Shown piece by piece: positions 18,302 to 25,186 of a stretch of DNA of 54,194 nucleotides (positions are counted from its first letter, which is position 1; each line of letters starts with the position of its first letter). Position numbers and translations under genes: made by a program. The notes under the pieces were generated by a model, which was not told where the DNA came from, did not search any database, and saw nothing but the letters and a program-made list of their open reading frames with translations. The stretch comes from Parcubacteria group bacterium. GTDB lineage: Bacteria; Patescibacteriota; Minisyncoccia; UBA10092. Location: positions 1 through 54,194 of the forward strand of contig JACPHB010000010.1 of NCBI GenBank assembly GCA_016188835.1, given 5' to 3'.

Positions 18302-18336
18302 GAACGCATTTATTGCCTATAGGATTTTAATGCGTT
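18302..18336 (+). repeat. Copy B of the palindromic element
   Basis: The sequence is gaacgcatttattgcctataggattttaatgcgtt. It starts 5 nt after the stop of the PaaX-like gene. Confidence 0.85.
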
Positions 18337-18437
18337 TTAAAGTTAAAATTATTACATCAATTATGAAAAAATTAACGCATCTTTAATAAATCTCACCGCT
18401 CCGAAACAAACGTTTTCTAATCAATAGTTTGGAAATA

Positions 18438-18467
18438 TTGACAAATAAAACAACTTTGTGTTATTAT
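18438..18467 (+). promoter_or_regulatory. Promoter TTGACA-N18-(TGt)TATTAT
   Basis: Read directly from the sequence. It has an extended -10 TG and lies upstream of ORF 18535. Confidence 0.45.
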
Positions 18468-18495
18468 AAATATTATGATATTGGAACGTTCTTTA

Positions 18496-18517
18496 ATCTA
18501 ACTACAATCTAACTACA
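18496..18517 (+). repeat. Tandem direct repeat 2 x 11 nt (atctaactaca) in the 5' leader
   Basis: Read directly from the sequence. It lies 17 nt upstream of the ATG at 18535. Confidence 0.8.
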
Positions 18518-18534
18518 GAAATGGAGCAAGAGCC

Positions 18535-18897
18535 ATGCAAGCAAATATCATGAACATTTCAGAGCTTCAGAAAATTCAAAAAAAAGCAAAAATAAGCATG
18601 CAAAATATCAAGACCGATGAGGAACAGGAAAGGAAGCAAAAAATTGAAAAAAAGGCCAAATGGTATTTAGAAGGATTTAATGAGACATTAAAGCAAGTAG
18701 CAATTAAGGCAGCTAATGAAGGAAAGAACGAGGCAGTTGTTATGCAAGTTGGGCCATTTTGGGTAGCCGGATGGTTTGATGAAGTCACCAAAAAAGCCGC
18801 TGAAATGGCGGTTGTATATGTTAAAAAGAAATATGACGGTTTTAATTTCTGGCTTGATGATGGTTTTATTTGGGCATCTTGGCCAGAATCTTCATAA
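18535..18897 (+). CDS. Hypothetical protein (120 aa)
   Basis: The ORF has a GGAG Shine-Dalgarno sequence (atggagcaagagccATG), its own promoter and a downstream hairpin. No motif is recognised. Confidence 0.55.
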   Translation: MQANIMNISELQKIQKKAKISMQNIKTDEEQERKQKIEKKAKWYLEGFNETLKQVAIKAANEGKNEAVVMQVGPFWVAGWFDEVTKKAAEMAVVYVKKKYDGFNFWLDDGFIWASWPESS

Positions 18898-18915
18898 TTT
18901 TAGAATATATTTGCG

Positions 18916-18950
18916 TCCCTACCGAAATATTGGTGGGGATTTAATTTTAC
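18916..18950 (+). terminator. Hairpin plus T-rich tail
   Basis: tccctacc pairs with ggtgggga (8 bp with one G-U, 8-nt loop), followed by tttaatttta. Confidence 0.45.
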
Positions 18951-18983
18951 ACTAGCTCAAAATCTAAAAATAAGGTCTGCCTT

Positions 18984-19021
18984 GGACACAAAGATTACCT
19001 ATAGGAGATTTTTGCGTTCAG
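18984..19021 (+). repeat. Copy C (degenerate left arm) of the palindromic element
   Basis: The sequence is ggacacaaagattacctataggagatttttgcgttcag. Confidence 0.7.
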
Positions 19022-19126
19022 TAAATTTACGATTAATAAATCTTTGTTATTATCTTTCGTAAATCAGCAACGATCGTTGGAATATTACGAAAAATAAAAA
19101 TACGAAAATGAAAAATTAGAAAATTC

Positions 19127-19154
19127 TAATAATTTAGCTATAGCTAAATTATTA
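19127..19154. terminator. Perfect 14+14 AT-rich palindrome downstream of rseP
   Basis: The sequence is taataatttagcta-tagctaaattatta, lying 39 nt after the rseP stop. Confidence 0.4.
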
Positions 19155-19192
19155 TACAGTTGATTTAACCTCAACTGGTTGAACCTCAATAG

Positions 19193-20245
19193 TTATAGAA
19201 GTTTTAAGATATCTCTGTAGGTTATCAATGCAACGAGTACCAAGAGCAAGACGATGCCAACAGAATGAATGGCGTTTTCAATCTTGGGGTTGACTTTTGA
19301 GCCCTTGATTTTTTCTATAGCTAAAAATAACAGCCGACCGCCGTCTAAAGCAGGAAAAGGAATTAAATTTAAAACCGCGAGATTAAGAGAAATCAAAGCC
19401 ACTAATTGAAGCAGATAAACAAAACCGAGAGCTGTCGCCTGGCCGGCCAATACCGCAATTCCCACCGGACCGGCAACCTCCTGAGGCACTTTTCCGGAAA
19501 CCAGAAGATTTTTAATTAACCCAAAAAATCCCTTAATTATTTCCCAAGTTATAATAAACGACGATTTTATCCCAAGCCAAACGCTTTGATACCATGGATA
19601 AGAAACAAGGCCGGTTTTAGCAAGAGCTATGCCTAAAGCTCCTTCTCCTTCCGGAGGACTTACTCTAGGGACGGTTTTAATTTCTAAATTGCCTTGACCT
19701 CTTTTAATTTTTAAATTTATTTCTTGGCCCTTGTTTTTACTGATGAAATCCTGAAAAATTAAAATTTCGGAAAAATTTTCTATAGAATCGCCGAGTTTTA
19801 AACCGGCTTTTTCTGCCGGAGAATTATGGTTGATGGCAATAATTTGAATTTGAACATTTTTAGCGAGTGTTTCATTTTCTTCGCTTACAACTTGCGGCAA
19901 GCCGATATAAAATCCGATGATTAAGAGCATGGCGCCGAGTGCGAAATTCATCATAACTCCAGCCGCGGTGATTAAACTTCTAATAACAATGGATTTTGAA
20001 GAAAAACTTTTAGAATTATTAGTTTCGCTGCCGTCTTCGCCTAATATTTTAACAAAGCCGCCCAAGGGCAAAAGATTTATTGAATAAATTGTTTCGCCGG
20101 ATTTCCAGCTAAAAATTCTTGGCGGAAAGCCAAAACCGAATTCTTCCACAGTTAAGCCGCTTTTTTTGGCAACAATAAAATGGCCAAATTCGTGAACCAA
20201 AACTAAAATTCCCAAAATTAAAATAAAAACCAAAATGGTAATCAT
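19193..20245 (-). CDS. rseP: RIP metalloprotease RseP (site-2 protease, M50)
   Basis: It has HEFGHF, a PDZ-like middle region and NLIPFPALDGGRL. Confidence 0.9.
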   Translation of the reverse strand: MITILVFILILGILVLVHEFGHFIVAKKSGLTVEEFGFGFPPRIFSWKSGETIYSINLLPLGGFVKILGEDGSETNNSKSFSSKSIVIRSLITAAGVMMNFALGAMLLIIGFYIGLPQVVSEENETLAKNVQIQIIAINHNSPAEKAGLKLGDSIENFSEILIFQDFISKNKGQEINLKIKRGQGNLEIKTVPRVSPPEGEGALGIALAKTGLVSYPWYQSVWLGIKSSFIITWEIIKGFFGLIKNLLVSGKVPQEVAGPVGIAVLAGQATALGFVYLLQLVALISLNLAVLNLIPFPALDGGRLLFLAIEKIKGSKVNPKIENAIHSVGIVLLLVLVALITYRDILKLL

Positions 20246-20793
20246 CCGTTTTTAATTTCTTCTTCTTTTAACTTCAATAAATTTTCCAAATTATTATTTG
20301 TTAAGTCAATTAATTTTTGGATCCCTTCTTTTATTTTAAATTTTTCATCTTCGGTAATTTTTTTGGAGTCAAACAGCTCATTAACTTCTTTTATCATTTT
20401 ATCTCTGCTATTGCGATATTTGATTTTAGCTTCTTCCGATTTAGAACCTATAACTTTTATTAGCGCCACTCTTCGTTCTTCGGTTAATGACGGAATATTT
20501 ATCCTGATTAAATTTTTATCAACAATGGGATTTAAATTTAAGTCGGAAGTTAAAATAGCTTTTTCCAGATTAGGCAAAACGGTTCTATCCCATGGCTCAA
20601 TTATTAAAATTCTTGGTTCCGGAGCGGAAATGGAAGCCAGTTGTTTTATGGGAATTTTGGAACCATAGCAATCAACCAATATGTTTTCAACGAGAGCCGG
20701 GGTGGCGCGGCCAACGCGCAAAGAAGAAAACTCGGTTTTTAACGATTCTTCTATTTTTTTTAATTCATTTTTAAAATTTTCTAAAATTTCCAT
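20242..20793 (-). CDS. frr: Ribosome recycling factor
   Basis: The 183-aa protein contains LRVGRATPALVENILVDCYG. Confidence 0.95.
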   Translation of the reverse strand: MEILENFKNELKKIEESLKTEFSSLRVGRATPALVENILVDCYGSKIPIKQLASISAPEPRILIIEPWDRTVLPNLEKAILTSDLNLNPIVDKNLIRINIPSLTEERRVALIKVIGSKSEEAKIKYRNSRDKMIKEVNELFDSKKITEDEKFKIKEGIQKLIDLTNNNLENLLKLKEEEIKNG

Positions 20794-20805
20794 GAAGGTT
20801 TATAA

Positions 20806-20902
20806 GCCAATAAAACAAATTTTTTTAAAATTCCTTAGCCCCATTCGCCTTCGGCGAACGGCTCGCCCCCGCCTAGAATTTTAAAAAATTTGTTTTATTG
20901 GC
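20806..20902 (+). repeat. Long hairpin element, copy 1: a 27/28-bp AT-rich stem around a conserved GC-rich core
   Basis: The arms are gccaataaaacaaatttttttaaaattc and gaattttaaaaaatttgttttattggc. The core is cttagccccattcgccttcggcgaacggctcgcccccgccta. The right arm encodes the last 9 codons of holB. Confidence 0.9.
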
Positions 20903-21670
20903 ATCACAGTTAAAACTTAATAATAATTCATCATAAGCAAACTTCGGATTAATATTTGTTTCATTTAATTTAAAATAAATATTTTGGCTTGTTTTTAATA
21001 AATTGTTTAATTTTTGATTCGGGCTAAATAAGAATTTGGCTCTTAAAAATATGATCCAAAATTTGAAAATTTCAATTGCCGAGTAATCGCTAAATTTTTC
21101 AATAATAGAATATCGGTCTTTTGATTCATTGCTAAAAATTTCGTTAAAAATTTCTATAATTTTTTTATCTGTTTCTATATCAACGCCGTCTTGTCGCCAA
21201 AATGGCAATTTTATGCCGCGAGAAGCAATAGTTTCCGGAATTCCGTCAATAGTTTTAACGTTTAGTATAATAATGGCATGATTCGGTGCCTCTTCAAAAA
21301 TTTTGAGCAAGGCGTTTTGAGCGTAAATATTTAATTTTTCCGCCGCATCTATTACCGCTATTTTATATTTTCCGTAATAAGGACTTAAAATTAGAAATTT
21401 TTTAAGCTGCCTGATTAAATTTATAGACCGCTCTTCATCAGTATCGGCTGAAATTAAAATTAAATCCGGATTAAAACCCCGACGCTGTAAAGTCGGGGCT
21501 CCGACCGAAGCATCGGAGCTAAAATCAGGATTAAGAATTTTATTAGCGAATTTTAAAGCAATCGTTTTTTTAGCCAACTCATCCGGTCCATAAAAAATAT
21601 AAGCATGAGACAAACCATTGTTTTCAATGCATTTGTTAAGATAATCGGTAATTTTCTGATAATTATTCAT
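20873..21670 (-). CDS. holB: DNA polymerase III delta-prime-like clamp-loader subunit (divergent)
   Basis: The N-terminus NGLSHAYIFYGPDELAKKTIALKFANKILN and the length fit delta-prime. The Walker A motif is degenerate. Confidence 0.65.
   Translation of the reverse strand: MNNYQKITDYLNKCIENNGLSHAYIFYGPDELAKKTIALKFANKILNPDFSSDASVGAPTLQRRGFNPDLILISADTDEERSINLIRQLKKFLILSPYYGKYKIAVIDAAEKLNIYAQNALLKIFEEAPNHAIIILNVKTIDGIPETIASRGIKLPFWRQDGVDIETDKKIIEIFNEIFSNESKDRYSIIEKFSDYSAIEIFKFWIIFLRAKFLFSPNQKLNNLLKTSQNIYFKLNETNINPKFAYDELLLSFNCDANKTNFLKF
21477..21518. repeat. Tandem GC-rich hairpins inside holB
   Basis: The two hairpins are ccccgac-gctgtaaa-gtcgggg and ctccga-ccgaagca-tcggag. They encode SSDASVGAPTLQRRGF on the coding strand. 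Confidence 0.85.
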
Positions 21671-21674
21671 TTTA

Positions 21675-22688
21675 TTAGCGACGCGCCATAATGCTTCTTT
21701 TATAAAATTCCAGATTTTCTAAAACCAAACCAGCGCCCTTGGCGACGCAAAATAACGGTTCTTCGGCGACATATGCCGGAACTCCGGTGGCTTTTACCAT
21801 TAGTTCGTCAAAATTCCTAAGTAACGCCGTGCCGCCGGATAAAATTATTCCTTTATCCATTATATCGGCAGATAATTCCGGAGGAGTTTGGGCTAAGACC
21901 AGTTTAACGGCTTGAATAATTTCTTTAAGTCGCTCGGAAATTGCTTCCACGACTTCATTGGTGCCAATGTTAATATTCCGCGGCAAACCGGTTACTATAT
22001 CGCGGCCTCGAACGCCTATGTGAAGTTCATCTTTCAAAGGCAGTGCTGAGCCAACTTCAATTTTTATTCTTTCGGCAGTTCTTTCTCCAATGGCTAAATT
22101 ATGGCGGCGTTTAAGGTAATCAATAATCGCCTGGTCCAATTTATTGCCGCCTACCCTTCTTGAATGAGAAGTTACAATGCCGCCTAAAGAAATAACCGCC
22201 ACTTCGGTGGTGCCGCCGCCAACCGACATAATTAAATTTCCGGAAGCCGAATTAATTGGGATATTGGCTCCAATAGCGGCTAAAACCGGCTCTTTAACAA
22301 TATAGGCGGCTCTGGCGCCGGCATTTACAGCCGCGTCAATAACAGCCCTTCTTTCGGTTGAACTGGAACCGGATGGCACGGTTACTAAAACTTCCGGTTT
22401 TATTAACTGGAATCTGCCCAAGCTTTTACCAATAAAATACCTGAGCATGGCTTCGGTAATTTTATAATCGGCAATAACGCCATCGCGCATTGGTTTTTTG
22501 GCGATTATATTTTCCGGAGTGCGGCCGATCATTGTTTGTGCCTCAATACCAATGGCCAAAACGGCATTATTATCCGGAGAAATTGCCACCACAGTGGGCT
22601 CATTCAAAGTAATCCCGCGACCGGGAATAAATACAAGAGTATTAACAGTGCCGAGATCAATTCCGATTTTTTTAGTAAAGATTGCCAT
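21675..22688 (-). CDS. Second MreB/Mbl-type actin homologue
   Basis: The motifs DLGTVNTLVF, SVGGGTTEVAVISLGG and LSGGTALLRNF are present. It is clearly paralogous to 14947..15981. Confidence 0.9.
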   Translation of the reverse strand: MAIFTKKIGIDLGTVNTLVFIPGRGITLNEPTVVAISPDNNAVLAIGIEAQTMIGRTPENIIAKKPMRDGVIADYKITEAMLRYFIGKSLGRFQLIKPEVLVTVPSGSSSTERRAVIDAAVNAGARAAYIVKEPVLAAIGANIPINSASGNLIMSVGGGTTEVAVISLGGIVTSHSRRVGGNKLDQAIIDYLKRRHNLAIGERTAERIKIEVGSALPLKDELHIGVRGRDIVTGLPRNINIGTNEVVEAISERLKEIIQAVKLVLAQTPPELSADIMDKGIILSGGTALLRNFDELMVKATGVPAYVAEEPLFCVAKGAGLVLENLEFYKRSIMARR

Positions 22689-22693
22689 GTTTT

Positions 22694-22792
22694 AAAAAAT
22701 GAAAATAAAATTTTAAAATTGTCATAGCCCCACCCCGCTTCGCGGGGCGGCACGACCCCGCCTACAATTTTAAAATTTCATTTTCATTTTTT
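22694..22792 (+). repeat. Long hairpin element, copy 2
   Basis: The arms are aaaaaatgaaaataaaattttaaaattgt and acaattttaaaatttcattttcatttttt (29 bp, 1 mismatch). The core is catagccccaccccgcttcgcggggcggcacgaccccgcct. Confidence 0.9.
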
Positions 22793-22799
22793 ATATTAA

Positions 22800-24065
22800 T
22801 TAATTTTTAATTCTCTTTATATCTGCTCCTAGTGCTTGTAAACGTTCATCTATTTTTTCATATCCCCTATCAATTTGGTAAATATTTTCTACAACGCTTT
22901 GGCCTTCCGCTAAAAGCGCCGCGATAATTAATGCCATTCCGGCGCGAATGTCTGGGCTGTTAATTTTTTTACCGCGCAGCTTACTGGGACCTTGAACAAT
23001 AACCCGATGCGGATCAGCCATAATAATATTCGCACCCATCTGATTTAAGATATCGGTATAAAATAACCGGCCCTCATAAATTGTTTCGTGAACCAATGAA
23101 ATGCCGTTCGCCTGCGTCAACAAAACAGTAAGCGGCGCTTGAAGGTCTGTAGCAAAACCAGGATATTCGCGTGTCTTAACATCGATAGTTCGAAGATTTC
23201 TAACGGGCTTTACTATAACATAATCAGCGCCAATTTCAAGATCGGCTCCCGCTTTTTCAAGTAATGAGAGTAATACTTCCAAATGTTCCGGGTGGCAATT
23301 TTTTATTTTAATATTGCTTTTGCTCGCAATCGCCAAAATTATAAAAGTTCCCGATTCAATTCTATCGGGAAAACCGTTCCAAGCGCCGCCATTAAGTTCT
23401 TTTGCGCCAACAATTTCAATTGACGGCGTGCCAGCTCCGGAAATTTTAGCGCCCAAAGAATTTAAAAAAATGGCTAAATTTTCTATTTCCGGTTCGCAAG
23501 CGGCATTTTTTAAAATTGTTTTTCCTTGAGCCAGTACTGCCGCCATCATTAAATTCTCGGTTCCGGTTACGCTTACTATTGGAAAAACAAATTTATTGCC
23601 TATAAGTTTTTTGGAAGCGACTGTAAAAATATCTCCCCTCTTTTTAACCTTTGCCCCCAAAGCTTCAAAACCGTCAATAAAAAAATCAATCGGCCGTTTG
23701 CCCAAAGTGCAGCCGCCAGGATGAGGAAACGAAACTTTGCCGTATCTAGCTAAAATTGGTCCAGTCAAAACAATTGACGCCCTGAACCGATCGGCGATTT
23801 TATAATTTAAATCAGTTTTTTTTATTCCTGAAGAATTTATAAAATTGCCTGAAAACTTAGCGCCCAAATCAATAAGAAGTTCTTTCATTCTGTCAACGTC
23901 TTCTATCTTCGGCATTTTCGGCAATTTTACCGGTTTGTCGGTTAAAATTGATGCGGCTAAAATTTTTAAAGCCGCGTTTTTAGCGATACCAACAGTGATT
24001 TCGCCTTCTAATTTTTTCCCGCCGTTTATAACAAAATATTCCGCCATGATGTGAATATTATACAA
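22800..24065 (-). CDS. murA: UDP-N-acetylglucosamine 1-carboxyvinyltransferase. An alternative start is Met7 at 24047.
   Basis: The 421-aa protein is typical MurA throughout (FPHPGGCTLGKRPID, PGFATDLQAP). Confidence 0.95.
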   Translation of the reverse strand: MYNIHIMAEYFVINGGKKLEGEITVGIAKNAALKILAASILTDKPVKLPKMPKIEDVDRMKELLIDLGAKFSGNFINSSGIKKTDLNYKIADRFRASIVLTGPILARYGKVSFPHPGGCTLGKRPIDFFIDGFEALGAKVKKRGDIFTVASKKLIGNKFVFPIVSVTGTENLMMAAVLAQGKTILKNAACEPEIENLAIFLNSLGAKISGAGTPSIEIVGAKELNGGAWNGFPDRIESGTFIILAIASKSNIKIKNCHPEHLEVLLSLLEKAGADLEIGADYVIVKPVRNLRTIDVKTREYPGFATDLQAPLTVLLTQANGISLVHETIYEGRLFYTDILNQMGANIIMADPHRVIVQGPSKLRGKKINSPDIRAGMALIIAALLAEGQSVVENIYQIDRGYEKIDERLQALGADIKRIKN

Positions 24066-24124
24066 TAAATTTATTATTGACTCAAATTGCGCAATTTTTT
24101 AAAACGTGTTATGGTAACTGTCTT

Positions 24125-25066
24125 ATGACAATAAGATTCAGACGTTTTGTTTTTTGGATTTTTGTTATTCTATTTATCGCCGCGAGCATTACCATTACCC
24201 TTTTTGCCCAAGGATGGCGTTTTGATTTTGATTCTTTTAAAATGGTTAGAACCGGCGGTATTTTTGTTAAAACCACGGTTTCCGGCGCTAAAATATATAT
24301 AAATGATAAATTTACCGGAACAACAGCGGGCATTTTAAATTACACAAAATTAGTCGACGATCTTGCCCCCAAAAATTATAATCTTTTTATTCACAAAGAA
24401 GGATATTACCCATGGAACAAAATGGTTGAAGTAAAAAATGGCCTGGTAACCAAATTAATTTCTGTAACTTTATTTCCTTTGGAACTTAAAAAAATTAAAA
24501 TGGCGCAATTACCGGCGCAAAAAATAGCAGATTTTGAAGTTAACGATAAAACAATTAGGATAATAGATAATAAAAAAATAGGAACCGCTAAAATTTATGA
24601 TTTTGATGGGCAATTTATATCAAACGAAAAATTTAAAATTTCAACTTCCACAGAATTAATATCTCCCGATAAAAATAAAAAGCTTTATGCCGTAGATAAT
24701 AAAATTTGGATTGAGTATTTAAATGACATAAAAGAAGAGCCGTCTAAAAAAGCGGGGGAAAAAGAAATAATCGCTACGTCGGAATCGCCAATTTTATTTT
24801 TAGATTGGCTTAAAGATTCCGAGCACATTATCTGGCTTACTAACGGCGAATTAACAATTGCCGAAAGGGATAATCGAGGCGGTAAGCGGAACAGCGTTAA
24901 ATTTTATTTAAACATCAATCCGCCAATTTTTTGGGACATTAAAAATTTCGATCTCTATTTCTTTGAAACTGATAAATCCCGACGCCTTGACGGAACGTCA
25001 ACGGTCGGGATCCCGACCGAAGCATCGGGAGAAAAAATTATCTTATATAAAATAAATGTAGAATAA
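24125..25066 (+). CDS. Membrane-anchored PEGA-domain protein. The ATG at 24125 is preferred over the TTG at 24077.
   Basis: It has an N-terminal TM (FVFWIFVILFIAASITITLF) followed by a PEGA-like segment (GGIFVKTTVSGAKIYINDKFTG...NLFIHKEGYYPW). Confidence 0.65.
   Translation: MTIRFRRFVFWIFVILFIAASITITLFAQGWRFDFDSFKMVRTGGIFVKTTVSGAKIYINDKFTGTTAGILNYTKLVDDLAPKNYNLFIHKEGYYPWNKMVEVKNGLVTKLISVTLFPLELKKIKMAQLPAQKIADFEVNDKTIRIIDNKKIGTAKIYDFDGQFISNEKFKISTSTELISPDKNKKLYAVDNKIWIEYLNDIKEEPSKKAGEKEIIATSESPILFLDWLKDSEHIIWLTNGELTIAERDNRGGKRNSVKFYLNINPPIFWDIKNFDLYFFETDKSRRLDGTSTVGIPTEASGEKIILYKINVE
24977..25030. repeat. Tandem GC-rich hairpins inside the PEGA gene (same family as 21477..21518)
   Basis: The two hairpins are tcccgac-[gccttgacggaacgtcaacg]-gtcggga and tcccga-ccgaagca-tcggga. 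They encode SRRLDGTSTVGIPTEASG. Confidence 0.85.
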
Positions 25067-25078
25067 CAATTATTCCAC

Positions 25079-25098
25079 TTTCAGACGATCGTCTGAAA
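25079..25098. terminator. 20-nt perfect palindrome between convergent genes
   Basis: The sequence is tttcagacga-tcgtctgaaa. Confidence 0.45.
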
Positions 25099-25113
25099 CT
25101 CGTATAATTAAAA

Positions 25114-25158
25114 ACGGCACGTGGGAGAAGATCGCTGATGCGATTTCCCACGTGCCGT
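25114..25158 (-). terminator. GC-rich rho-independent terminator of the SPFH gene
   Basis: acggcacgtggga pairs with tcccacgtgccgt (13-bp perfect stem). On the minus strand it is followed by TTTTTAATTAT. Confidence 0.7.
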
Positions 25159-25186
25159 ATTGCCGATTGAACTGCTCTTTGGCCGG

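Noticed and set aside
17648-19021. Integron attC-type cassette boundaries
   Set aside because: The palindromes are shorter (about 38 bp) than typical attC sites. Their ends (GTTCAGA/TCTGAAC) do not fit the GTTRRRY core. The genes carry their own promoters and no integrase is visible. I keep this only as a remote alternative.
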